From Epiperipatus broadwayi (Eukaryota > Animalia > Onychophora): a stretch of DNA of 64,000 nucleotides. A program made the position numbers and the translations under genes. Position 1 is the stretch's first letter, and each line of letters opens with the position of its first letter. The notes beneath the pieces are model-generated. The model ran no database searches, had not been told where the DNA came from, and was given only the letters and a program-made list of their open reading frames with translations. Of the stretch, positions 24,461 to 37,664 are shown in pieces. Where the stretch lies: assembly GCA_028023455.1 (NCBI GenBank), contig JAQFVV010000007.1, positions 11,284,001-11,348,000 of the forward strand, written 5' to 3'.

Positions 24461-24854
24461 GAGTCGGCATTAGATAGGGATTTTATGCACAAGCCTTCTG
24501 GCATTCATTGATTACTCTGGTTGGCACAGGGTGGAATACTGTATGGAGAGTTTTGCTTTGTTTATAATCAATTATGTGCAAGAATAAGATAGTGATCATG
24601 TGATGCTTAGTGGTTTAACACCAATTCTGCCTAATAAGATAGTAGTGGATATGGTTGTTAAAGAGCCAAAGACACCAAAATGTATAGGTGCTGAACTGAG
24701 TTCAGACCCATATGACTATATAAGATATTGAGCTTAGATTGAAAATATTTTTGTGTTTTGAATTTCATTCTCATAGTTTTGTAGTTAAGTAGAGATAAAA
24801 GGTGGGTGCTGGAGGGTTGCATTAGATCCTAAGATCTAGGTGCAGTGCTCTCAG

Positions 24855-24910
24855 ATCCAAAGCTCACTGATGATGGCCACAAGTCAGAAACTAGTCTGGG
24901 GATATTGGAT
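24855..24910 (+). ncRNA. Type I hammerhead ribozyme, family B unit 3
   Basis: Identical core at 24867-24896; 3-nt deletion in the 5' strand of stem I. Confidence 0.85.
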
Positions 24911-25799
24911 GAGTAGGCATTAGATAGGGATTTTATGCACAAGCCTTCTGGTATTCATTGATTACTCTGGTTGGCACAGGGTGGCAATATTTTATGGAGA
25001 GTTTTGCTTTGTTTATATATTTATTTGATCAAGAGCAAGTCTATTGTTAGATAAATAATTATTAATACTTGATTAGAATACCATATTTTTTATTATAGAT
25101 GTTTTGTTTCTGTGAGATGTTTAACACCTGTTTTTTTTTTTTAAAATAAGATTGGCCAAAGAGGATAAACTTTGGTGCTTTATTTAAAATTCGGGACTTT
25201 TAGTGAACTGTATCATTCCTTCTATTCCTATTTTATTTATGATTTCAGGGAACATATAATCAAATTGACAGTTATGATGTTCAAGTAATTGTAATGAATT
25301 AAAGATTATAGGATAGATTCCTTTGTATAAAGCATGTTAAAATTATACAAGTATATGTTCACCAGCAGAATAATTTTGCTTCTGCTGGTTTTTAGATTTT
25401 ATAATAATAGATTTAAATGTTAGTAACTAATTAAAATAAAATTAATTAAATTGCAAATATATATTATTATAATGTAACTTTGGCAGTCTATTATTTTCCC
25501 AGGTCTAAATAATTCATCATTTATTTTTAATAATCTTAAGTAATGCTAAATCATTATATAATATAATCAAATTAATACTTGTGTTGTTTAAATAACCCAT
25601 ATAGTCAAATATGCATAGAAAATATGTAAAAATAGACCTTTAGACACAAATATGTGAAAATTTTTACATGCTAACTTATATAGATTCCATTATATAAACT
25701 TTAAGTCATGCATTATTATTATGATCATTTTCAAACATTATTGATTCATTGCAAGATGGAAATGTTTCAAAGTTTCATCCAGTTTTTCTGATTTATACC

Positions 25800-26600
25800 C
25801 TTTCTTCTTAACATATTCATAGAACATTTTATGTCATCTATTCATCTCAAATGTGGCTGCTTTCTTGATCTTTTACAAGCTCTCCAAAACTAGTTTAAAG
25901 CTACAGTTGGCCATTTGTTATTGTTTCTTCTAGAACTATGTCAAGTCCAAATACATTTAAATCTCTTAACTTTTTTAATGACACAAATAACACCTATTTG
26001 TTCTCTTATCTGTATAGTTCATTTTAAATCTCTTTTAATACTTTAAAATTATTAATTAGTGTAAGCATTAATTTGATTACATATAAGTAGTGATCTAGTC
26101 TTTCCCAATGTTATTAAAAATCAATTTTTCAAGAATGTCAAATTTATGTTATAAATGAGGAAAACTTAATTAATTCTAATGTGGATAATATATGCAAAAA
26201 CCTATTTGAGATGTGCTCAAAATCTGTGAAGTCAGCAATTTTGCCTTGTGCACTTTTGACTAAGTTATATTAATCATAGTCATGGCAAGCAACAGAGGAA
26301 AGAAGATTGCAGAGTTTTTTAAAAAGACATGGATGATTAGCATAATTAAATGGCTAATTATTAGTTTAAGTAGGCTTCTTTTTAGAAAGAGAAATGCAGG
26401 AGTCTTTCTTGTTAATTGTGCTCTTATCTCTTCCAATGTGCCAGGCCTCTTTCTAAAAAATGACTGACTTAAATTAAAAATTAGTCTTTCAATTATTCTA
26501 ATCACCTATTTGCATCTTGTTAATATTTCTAACATGCAGCCTAAGACTCACATTTCAGCATTTTCTGATGGTTGTCTTTGTATCATGAATCAACATAAAA
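25800..26600 (-). mobile_element. Decayed LINE RT fragment
   Basis: SQSFFRKRPGTLEEI (QxGFR.GRST-like) and TPAFLFL..KAY-like motifs; similar to 27400-27600 in the opposite orientation. Confidence 0.45.
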
Positions 26601-27399
26601 TATATAATTAAATGATTATTACTTATCTGAAAATAATAAATTTGACTTTATTTCATAGATATTTTTGTTTACTACTGAAATAAATTTAAATGTTCACATT
26701 TTGTTTCTGTAAATATTTAAAAAAATGAGATCATAATCAAAACAAAGAGTTTACACATCATTGTTTATAGAAATATTATTTTCAGTTTATAAAATCAATG
26801 AAATATTTCTTAATTCTTATTATTTTTAAAAATAGAAACAAATATTTATTTATTTCTCTTATATCTAATGAATTATGCTTCAAAAGTTTAAAATATTTGA
26901 ATAGTTATTGCAAAACTGTGATATTTTCATACTCATAAGTATAAGTAGTTTGCTTACATAGAAGCTAAGCTTGTAAATTGCTTCAGGACTTGTTTAAATT
27001 CACTGCTAATATAATATATTTTTGAAAATAAAGTATTTTAAGTCAAAATAAGTTAATAATAATTTATATTTTTTGATATCTAATAAATGTAGTGTAAATT
27101 ATTGTAAAAAAATATATATAAAATAGTAATAAATTTGCAAAATAGACACATTTTTGGTCATTGAAACTATTTTCTTTAAACAATGTCATAAAATGTCAAA
27201 CATTTTACAGCCTTGGCAACAGACAATGGGTGAACATATCAGGGAGAGGCTTATGTCTATTGTAAGAGTGGGAATTTTGAATTTCCCACCTTTTAGCATA
27301 AATTTTTCAGTGAAATTTTTATATAATAAAATATACTGTTTTACATGCATTTTAACATATAATACTTATGAAAAAATTCACCAGGGAGTTAATTGGTAA

Positions 27400-28200
27400 A
27401 ACAAATGAAATAATTCATGAGAAGCTTCCCAAAGGTTAATAAACACAGCAATTTTCTTCCCTCTATCAGGTGACATAACAATGACAATTATAACTTAGTC
27501 AAAAGTGCACTAGACAAAATTTCTAATTTCACAGATTTTAAGCTTATTTCAAATACATTTTTGCATATATTATCAACCCACATTACATTTCCTCAAGATA
27601 TGGTGTACCAAAATTTTTATTGTTAATTAATTTTATTTCAAAAATTTTCAATGTCTGAATTTATTATACATGTGATCTCATGTCTACTGGGAAAGATTTC
27701 TTTTATTAGTAAAAAATGAACTTTGAGCATTAAATGTGCAGGACTATTTCAAGTAGATTCCATCAGAAATAAATATCTTGCTGAAATTTGTTCTAAAAAG
27801 ACACTTTTCAACTTATTTAGGTAAATCTGCCATTAATATTTATAGCTTAATAAAAAACAATCATTCTAAATTATCAGCTTATGATTTAAATAGAAAAATA
27901 TATTACTTCTAGTCAATATAGCAAAAGCTTAATATTTTTTGTGAAAATCTTACTACATTAGGCATATGCTTGTTATTAACATAACACACAGTCACAATCA
28001 GAAATTTGTTTAAAAAATATTTCTTTAACTGGTACTTGTGAGTTAATTTATCTATAAAGAAAGAATTCCCTGACTGCATTATAAGAAGACATTTACTTCA
28101 AAATAGAAATCAGGGTTCATTTTACAAAGAAATTATTTTGTTTTCAGTCATCTACCAAAAAAATATATAATAAAATTGGGATTGTAGTCTAAAGAAGCAT
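27400..28200 (+). mobile_element. Decayed LINE RT fragment related to 25.8-26.6 kb
   Basis: Shares tataacttagtcaaaagtgcac..g.caaaatt.ct.a.ttcacagatttt.agc...tttttgcatatattatc with 26180-26290(-); has a DTF.TYLG-like motif near 27800. Confidence 0.45.
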
Positions 28201-31200
28201 GGGCCAATTTGATTGTCTTTTAAACTTTATCAGAATTATAATTTATTAAATTAAAAAAATAAATCATTACTCATGCATTTATTTAAATAATTGGGAATTA
28301 TTATTAATCTCTATATTACTGTATTTGTTTGCCTGACAATTGATGGTTTGTTAAGCTATATATATATATGTGTGTGTATCATATCCTTAAAAAATTGTAC
28401 ATGTACTGTGTTTTTTGGTTAATCAAAAAGAAACATATAGTCTCCTGTAAAGCCAATTAATAGCAAGCTTTTTAGTAAAGTATTGTCTGACTAATAATAT
28501 CACAAATATTTCATGAATTTCAAGCATCTACTACTTATATGACATTGATTGACAGAAATGTAGTTATATAGATATTTCATTTTTTTCTTTGTTTTTATTT
28601 TGATTATTTTAATCAATATTGTTTTGAATATTGGAGATATCATTATCATTAACAAGACTATTATTACTAATTACTGTACTCATAATCACATTAACAAAGT
28701 TTAAATATAATTAAAGTGAATCACTCTAATTTGTAACATAATAAAATATATTACTATTACCAACTTTATAACTGAATAAGATGAATTTTATGATGGCATA
28801 TTGATTCAATATAGCATTCATTTTAATCATCAATAACAAAAAATACATGAACATTTCATAGCAATTACCTTTACTCATCTTCAATAATTTTCATATTTGT
28901 ACCTTTATCAATCATCAAATCAATTAATTTGTAATTTTTATTTTAGTATATCTATTACTTGTTACTAATAAAATAATTACAATAAGTTTCCAATTACTTA
29001 CTAAATATTTAAGAAATCAGTTAATTATTGTAGTACATAATCTACAACTGTTCAGATAAATATTAAATTCAATACAAATAAAATAATAAGCAATTGCACT
29101 TTCTTATCCATTCTTTGTTCTTAATTTCTGAATTATTTTTATAACTGCTTCTAATGAATTATGTGGTATAATAAATTAATGAATATTATATTATCCAAAA
29201 TATGATTAACCAATAAATTTGCCTTGCAAAATTGAATGACAACCAACTACTTTTAAATTAATTCAAAATTTATTAATAAGTGATATAAATTAAAATGAAA
29301 AATACATAAATGGTAAATAAACATTTAAAATATATGCATATAATCTGATTATGCTCTAAGCAAAGTAATTTCATATTTAATTAGGTGATTGCACTTCAAT
29401 CTCTACTTATTGAATATTAAATGCAAACACATTTTTATAATACAAAAAATGTTGTAGAATGTTTATACTTTCTGAAATTTAAGAGAGTTCAAGATATAAG
29501 TTCTTTTTATACTTTGTATTAAAATATAGTTAATTGAAATATAATATATACAAAATAAATTACTTATTTGTTAATATAAATTTAAGAGAACACACTAAAA
29601 TAAATATTTAATATGTTATAAACTTTTTCAACTCCTAATATAAGTAAATATACCTGAAGTTAATTTATAATGAAGAAAAATATAAAAAAAAATGAATATT
29701 TAAATTAAAATAATAATTACTATGCTGCAAGATATAAATTCAAACTTAGGAACAAAAAACTCTTATATTTGGGTATGTAAATAGATTACTACTTAGCCTA
29801 AAATTATACCATTATTCATATCAATAAATATTATACATTTTTAATGAAGAGAGAAAAATATAGGAATAATAATGATAAATTTAATCAAATGATCTGTGTA
29901 ATAGTTCTAAAAGGAACCATAGTTCCAGTGTTTTGTATTTTTAATGGCAGTTGAATGATGTTTTATTTTTCAGACAAAATAGAATTATCATGAAAAGCTA
30001 CGAAATTCAAAGCAGATTTTCTTAATTATGATATTTTCCAAATATTCAAATTATATTTGCATTCAGCAGATATTTGACTCTTATAACATTATACATGTGC
30101 AAACACTAATATACATGATGGTGCAATGTTCATTTAGCAAGTAATCAGTTCATAAAGCATTACAAGTGATCAAATGCTAGTATCATCCATAATGATGCTA
30201 TGGAAATTGAACCAATTTTAACCCTGTATATACATAATATATCAAGTTCATAAAATTATATCAGTGTATAAACATATTGTTTCTGTATATTTTTCTGTTG
30301 TTAAAATTTAGATCTCATCATTGAAAAGTAAGTAATATCCATTTTAAAGCAAATAAACATTGTGATGCTTTATTACAGAATAAATCATTTTTGATTACTT
30401 TTTGTTTTGTAATAAATTATTGCTCTTCACAAATCCTTGATGCTCTGTACAGTTTCTGGGGAAAAAATGCTGCTTTTTACCTGATGATTTTGTCCACCCA
30501 ACTATATATTTTTTAAATAAATAAATAAAAATCATGTAAATAAATTTAGATGTGGTTCTGTTGAACTTAAACAAGAGTCAGTTTTTTTCTAGTCAGTTCT
30601 ATTTATAACTTTTGCAATTGACATCATTGTTACCATAGTAACATCTTTTTAAAACTCTTTGGCCACTTCCAACCAACATCTCTCAAATAATAATTTTATT
30701 GTACAAAAATACAAATAAAATAAATACTTTCGAATTATTATGTATGACAAATATCAACATTTTATAATACAAATATTTTTCATTCTAACACAAATTAAAC
30801 AATTTATCATACATTCTCACTATACTACACTGGAAATATATTTTAATACATATTTTCCCAATACAATATAATACAAATAAAGTAACAAATATATTTGAGA
30901 CATTTCTCAAACTTCATTAGGTACATGGTACATATATATATATTAAATCACCCCACATGCTTTAATAACTTCAGCACTATTCTCTGTGAAATAAATATAT
31001 AAAAATATTAGTTTGTATTTCAAAATAACTAGCTTTTACAATTTCATATATATATATATTAGCACACTCATATTTACATGTGTTAGGTTTTAATAATTGC
31101 ATTAAATGCAATACTTTAATCTCTCTCTCTCTCTCTCTTTCTTTATATAGTTAAATAGGTATTCACACAAATGGTTCTGCACACACAGGAATATTTTATG

Positions 31201-31595
31201 AGGCTTATACTGTATATTTTGTTCCATTTAAAGATACTACTTTAAAAAGCAAACTTTGTCTAATAATAGAGTTAAGTCTTAAGCAAGCTATTAAAGAGGA
31301 CATGCAAAAATTGAACCTAGAGTTTGTCCATTTTGATCCTCCTAGTGAGTAATCCATTTGTAATATGTGACTAACAACACATTCAAAGAAAAGATTTATT
31401 CTGTTTTAGAGAGAAGCATCAAATGAACTGTCAGGTTCAGAGTGTTTAGGAATAGTTCTTAAAATCCTTCATATAATCATGCTTAAAAGAACTATTAGAT
31501 TTTTAGTAAAAGGAATAAAAACACTTCTAAAAATAGATGATAATTCAGGATTTTAGAAAAAGAAAGTTGTGCTCTGTGGATATTATTCATTAAGC

Positions 31596-31598
<3 letters not shown>

Positions 31599-31664
<66 letters not shown>
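31599..31664. repeat. (TA)n microsatellite
   Basis: Direct reading. Confidence 0.98.
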
Positions 31665-31670
<6 letters not shown>

Positions 31671-31814
31671 CAAAACATTAGAATTGATATTTAATATATT
31701 ATCATATAAATAAATAAGATCTATGGGTAGCTTTAAACATGCAATTTAGAAAAACAAATACAGATAAAATTTAAAAATCAAAATCCCATTCAAGTCTTAC
31801 ATAAGCAAAATGTA

Positions 31815-32186
31815 GCATTATTCAGTGCAAACCAGAGTAATCAATGAAAGCAAGAAGGTTTGTGCATAAAATCCCCATCTATTGCCTACTCATCCAATAT
31901 CCCCAGACTAGTTTCTAGCTAATGGTTTTCATCAGTGTAGAGCCATAGATCTGAATGTATAGCACCTAGACCTTAGGATCTGATGAAACCCATCAGCTAG
32001 AAACTAGTCTGGGAATATTGGATAAGTAAGCACTAGATGGAAATATGGATTTTATGCACAAACCTTCTTGCATCTATTGATTACTCTGGCTTGCACTGGG
32101 TGGTGCTACTGTATGGAGAATTTTATCTATGTGATATCAGCTTGTGTAAACATAAAAATGTGATTATCTGATATTTAGTGGTTTAA
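31815..32186. mobile_element. Older family B copy arranged as a head-to-head palindrome with two decayed hammerhead cores
   Basis: Minus core TCATCAG 31929-31935 with gactagtttc 31906-31915; plus core CTGATGA at 31980 followed by GAAACTAGTCtgggaatattggat. Downstream gattttatgcaca, gattactctgg and gtatggaga match the 452-bp unit. Stem II is mismatched in both. Confidence 0.85.
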
Positions 32187-34699
32187 AGTCACACAACATT
32201 AATGTGAATGGCCATCCTTTTATAATTTGTATATATTTATACAATTACTCTGCTTATATAATAATTTATTCACATTTTTATAAAATTTGCTTTTTTTATC
32301 TTCACCAAATCATTTTCCACATGCAAAATAAAACATTGTCAAAATAAATAAAAAAACTTTCAATACAAATAACAATGATTTATTTTGTATATTGAAAATG
32401 ATTTGAGAAAAAGAAATATCAAAGAGGCATATTTTATAAATATGATAGATAATTTATCAAACAAACAATGTAATTGTGTAAATATATACAAATTATGGAA
32501 TGTTGACCATTCTTGTTAGAGTGTTAATGTTGCTGATTTAAAGAAAAATTTGATTTTTAAGTTTTAACTGTAAATGTTACTTAAGATCTATTATTTGTTT
32601 ATTTATATATTGAGAGTTAATTTCACTGTTTGGTTTTATTGCATGTTATTGTGTCTAATATTTTATATATCTAGAATGTTGGGTGCTAATTAAGAATGGA
32701 AAAACTGGCTTCAATATGTCAAACTTAGACAATTAATGCATTGTTTTAAGTACTGCACAAGTCCTCTGTTGTCGTGTTTTAATTTTAGAAAGTACGGATC
32801 ATTTTATTTCTGCTATCAGAGTTTAATATATACCAATGAATTTCATGCAGTTAACAAATGTGTAATTGGGAAAGTTCACTTTGCTATTAATCTCCTGGAA
32901 AATTATAGTTACAAAGTTACTAAACATTGGAGGTATTATTTTGGTATTGGTGTCATTTTAGTTTTTATTTGCTATTTTGCAGTTATGTATACCATTAGTT
33001 TAACATTATGCATTTTTATTGTATAGAAATCATTCCTAAAAGTATTAGTTTGGGAACAAAGTCTGTAGATATCAGAGCTTTACTGACTTTATATAATTAA
33101 CATTTAAATTTAAATGAGAGAGCAGTATAGTAATCCCTCATTAGTTGTATCATAATACAAAAAAAATAACATTAACTGATTGGTAATTATTTGTTCTGAG
33201 GCATTTTAGAGTGCGTTTTATTGTTTTAGTACTTCTGAAAAAAAATTTGTAATTTTCAGTAAGTTATTTACATATAAATGCTTTGGCATGTAAACCAACC
33301 TCAAGCAATTACTTAAAATATATATAAAATACCATATAATACATCTGTAACTATTTACACACTAAGAACCATGTGACTTGAATGCTGTTCCATTATATTT
33401 GACAATAAAAAATACAAACTACTCAAAAGATATTACAAGGAATAATTCAATTCAAAGTTTTTGCTAGGAATATCATGCTCAAAACATGGCAAACACAATC
33501 TATTCCAGTTGTGTTCATCTTTATTCCCATAAACACTACCCACCAGATTTTACTTCTGAAAATAAATATCTGAACTCTTCTTCAGTTTAGTCATCATGAT
33601 TATATTAAAATATGATACTTCAAATTTGGATTACATGTGATTGAAGTAAAACAACTTAACATACCATTATGGTTGTAGTTTCATCAAACTTTTGCTTATA
33701 AACTTATTCTATTGTAAATATATATTTGCACATAGTTTGTTATTAATAAAGTTTTATATAAAAAAGTGTGACATTTAAAAGCAAAAACAAGAACCTATGC
33801 AATTTATTTATAAAATATTTGTTCTGAACACAAAACTATATGATTACAATTAGATTTTATTTGAAATTATTTGTGTGTAAGAAAATAAATCATAAAAATA
33901 TATCCATGTTAAAGTGGAATATGGTTTTACCAGTTAATGATAATTGCTTTAATGAACATTGTTAAAGATATTTTTTGTGAAATTTTCATAGTAATAAGTT
34001 TAATTTTGAATTTTAAGACATATTTTCATTGTTTTACAATGTCTCAGCTGAAATTCATTTTTGTTTTAAAAATGGACTTCAAATAAGAAATATTTGTTTC
34101 TAATTTTTGAGTAGATGATATTACAATCCAATATAAAAAGAGTAAATATGACCAAAATTGTCATTAGGGCTTTTCAAATATGAAGGATGTGGGAGTTAGA
34201 ATTTAATGAGTGAAAAAACATTTTTTCATTTTTTGATGAATTGATATGAAATTTTGAAGAAAAAATAATAGAATAGTTTATTGTTCAGAAGTTCATAAAA
34301 AGATTGAGTACTGAAAGTGTCAGAGGTAGGAAATGGTCCACTGATCTTGAGCTCCAGAGTTGGTTACCCTTTCACACCCATTTAACCCTTACATTGGAAA
34401 ACAGTATATATAATTTTATATATTTACAAAATATTTATCATTTAATAAAGATTTATTCCACAAAACTTTATCATTGAGAACCCCCAAATCTAATATTACT
34501 TTATCTACCAATAGTAAAATACTGAAAGGTGAAAATAATTCTATGCTGTTTTTGATTTATTACTCAAATGATTATAAGAAATGGAGGGTGAATCCATTAT
34601 AAATGATATGTTAATAAAATATTCATTACTTTGCATTTTTCATTATATATTTCAAATATACTTTAATTGTAATCATTAAAACCATTCAATACGTAGACA

Positions 34700-34790
34700 A
34701 TTCCAATCAATAACAATCAACAATTTCAAATTGTTGTCATGGCAACCTACTTTAACAATAAAAGTGGTGTCCCATTTTTATGCAAGGTCC
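34700..34790 (-). repeat. Dispersed repeat family F (also 36720-36810 and, as a hairpin, 55805-55910); possible Penelope-type terminus
   Basis: Shared caataacaatcaacaatttcaaa.tgttgtca.ggcaacctac; the minus strand reads cttgacaacag-tttGAAAttgttg. Confidence 0.6.
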
Positions 34791-35104
34791 AAATATTTAT
34801 ATAGACACTAAATATTATAACTTGACCACAGAGATTGAGATTATTGATATAAATAAGTTTAAATAAACCTTCTTAAACAGGTAAATATAACCTATTCAGA
34901 ATGCAGACTAATAAATAGTCAATTATAGCATTACAAACTGCAATTATAATTTTCAATTTGCACGTAAAATATTATTTAAATAATAAGTTTATATATTTAT
35001 CTCTAAAAACTGAAATAGTGATTTTTAATGATGTTTACTCATATGTGAATTTCTATAAGAAAAGACTGTTGGATAAAATATAATCAACCTCATTCATTAT
35101 TTGG

Positions 35105-36442
35105 GAGATGTATATTGATATTTATACAGATGGCTCAAACAGTGCTAGGAAAGATGAAAAGATATATAATACATGTTCTGCAAGTGGCTGAAGAAGCCAC
35201 CAAAAGTTATTGCATTTCACATAGGCATGCACTAATAACTAAAAAAAAATTTAACATATTTAAAAACTATTTTCAACAAATATTATACTCAATTGTCCTA
35301 GCACTTTACTACTTTTACAATGCTTTATTTTCCACCCTTTTCTAGTTTACAGTTTCAGTTACCCCAGCAATCTTCTTCAGAACATTACATCTCTTACATG
35401 TAATGTTCTGAAAAAGATTGCTGGGGCAAAAGGGTGAAAAATAAAGCAGTGTTCTGAAGAAGATTGCTGGGGCAATTGAAACTGTAAACTTTAGAAAAGG
35501 GTGGAAAATAAAGCATTGTAAATGTAGTAAAGTGTTTGGACAATTGAGTATTACATGGTATACATTTGGCAATGTAATAGGAAAGAGTAGTTATTATTTT
35601 CAAGAAAGTTGTATAAAATTATGAACTATGTAAATTCATGAACACTTTGATCCAGATTATTAAAACTTTTATGTGATGAAATGGATAGTAAAAATACTGC
35701 ACTTTTTTTACATATTGAAGTGAAATGGTTATCCAGAGCAAAAACAATATTGAGACATTTTGAACATCATAGTGAGTTAATGGATTTTTTTTCATGTCAA
35801 TGAATTTAGATCAGAATTTCATTGAATTTATAACAAATCCTTCATGGTCGATGAATCTTACATATTTGGCAGATGTTTTTATTAAGTGCATTGAAATTAA
35901 CATCATTGCAAGGAAAGAATAAATTATAATATTCAATTCAAGAAATAAAATTGCATCTTTTATTAGGAAGTCACAAGTCTGGATTTCTTCAGTCGAACAG
36001 AATAATTTGATTGTTTTTTTAACTTGCATGAATTTTGGAACTAAATTAAATTTTAAAGTGGATTATGAAGTTTCCAGTGTAATTTTAGAACAGTTTGCAA
36101 TTATTTTTCAAAGTCCAGTTATGATGTCTCCTTGGGTCAGGATTTATTTACAGTGGCAGTTCAACTAATGAGTTTAATATGAAAATGTAATTGATTTAAT
36201 TAATGACTATGATTTAAAACAAAAATACAAGGAACCTCCATTAAATGATTTCTGAACAGAAGAGTAGCCCAATGTGTCAAATTAACTATTGTTGCTTTGC
36301 ATCCTTTTACACTGTTATATTTATTATTGTAAAAAGGAAGTTAACATCTCTCATGTACTGTTTTTGTAACTGTTATAAATCTCTGTGCATTCATCTATTA
36401 GTAAGAGTTTTAAAAGCTTAAGTAAATCATTTAAGCTTAGAG

Positions 36443-36479
<37 letters not shown>

Positions 36480-36690
36480 TAATCCTTACTAACTGTGCTT
36501 ATATCAGGGATTGAGTCTATTGCGTGTCTGATTTTGTAATCCATATTTATGTGAGACAGGATTTTCATATTATAACTATGACCAAACAATAGTGCAAGAA
36601 TTGATTTCATGCTTTCCAAGCAAAGTATGAGAAGGAAATTATAATTCAATCAAATACTCAAAACTTTGAAGTCATTAAGAATGTACTTCT
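35105..36690 (+). pseudogene. hAT transposase remnant (Buster/ZBED5/SCAND3-like), interrupted twice
   Basis: IYTDG, YCISHRHALITKK (HCxIHRxAL), LLKLLCDEMDS..ALFLHIEVKWLSRAK (LLLHTEVRWLSRG), and YLCETGFS near 36550. Confidence 0.88.
35281..35594. mobile_element. Family C Penelope-pLTR-like head-to-head insertion with hammerhead, 13-bp TSD, inside the hAT remnant
   Basis: 35285-35388 is inverted relative to 35450-35551, with a partial extra copy at 35399-35449. HHR gtt-CTGAAGA(35454-35460)-a-gattgc/tggg/gcaatt-GAAAC-T-GTA^aac, followed by AATAAA. TSD tattttcaacaaa 35268-35280 / tattttcaagaaa 35595-35607. A further 3' fragment lies at about 46060-46140. Confidence 0.8.
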
Positions 36691-37664
36691 ACTATATATC
36701 ATTAAAAATGAGTCAACACTTAGACAATCCCAATATCAATAACAATCAACAATTTCAAACTGTTGTCAAGGCAACCTACTTTTTAACAATAAAGGTGGAA
36801 TCCCACTTTTATTAATGGTCTAATATACATACATAGACAGTAATATATATATATTTATTTTACTATTTTCATGTATTTTATTTCATATAATTAAAATTTG
36901 AGAATAAATGTTTGTTTTCATAATTCTTATATTTTTATCCTTACTTATTAATATCTACCTATATTATCAAATACCCATGGCTTTCTGTTAAAATTTCAGG
37001 ATTTGTGAAGGGTTCTCATATGACATATTTCAAAAACGCTGTATTGAAGAAAGGAGAAAAATTTAAAAATTTTCATCAAACAAACTTTCTAGCCTTCCAT
37101 AATTTAAATAACAAGTGCCCTTTTTGATTTTTTCTCAATAGTTTATTCAAGAGGTCTTTATTTTGCTTCTAATTATTTAAAGGCATAGAAATTTTGTTAC
37201 CTACATTCTACTATAGCTGTTTTTAGACTACCAATAGGACTGATATGACTATGTAAAAAAATTGGTCAAAAAAAGGTTAACAGAGCTCATTAAGAAGCTG
37301 ATATGGACATATTTCAGATATATCTTGAGAATTTCTAACAGAGTAGAAAAGTTTGACATTAAAGGAAGGAAACAATGTTACAGTTTCTCTCTTCACTCCC
37401 CAATATTGTGACCAGATTTATGAGGTTATTAGCTATAGGTTACATAAGACTTTGCTTTTGACATAAAAGTGTGAGGCACAAAGAAAAACAATGAAATGTT
37501 TCAGATATTGATACTGATCTGTTTGAGAGTAATGAAAATAATTTAAAAGTTGTTCTATTTATTTATTACATATTATTATGATGATGAAGGTTATCCTTTT
37601 GATACCAATTTCTGAGAATTACATGCCTAGTAATTTTTCTGATTAAAAATATTTACCTTTTCAT

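Larger units (their letters stand above)
23616..25013 (+). mobile_element. Retrozyme/SINE-like family B: about 2.9 tandem units of about 452 bp preceded by an inverted 3' fragment, 13-bp TSD
   Basis: Unit starts at 23720, 24171 and 24623. 23616-23722 is the reverse complement of the unit 3' end. TSD TATATATTTATTT at 23603-23615 and 25014-25026. Confidence 0.95.

Noticed and set aside
23616-25013. CRISPR array or ordinary satellite interpretation
   Set aside because: Units are about 452 bp with no repeat-spacer alternation, the context is eukaryotic, and the TSD plus inverted 5' piece indicate a single retrotransposition event.
30480-30510. CTGATGA at 30481 (also 42792 minus, 56319 plus, 57746 minus)
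   Set aside because: No properly placed GAAA/NUH or paired stems.
33536-33555. Possible terminal exon on the minus strand (ttttcag|AA GTA AAA TCT GGT GGG TAG)
   Set aside because: Too short, and no upstream exons could be linked to it.
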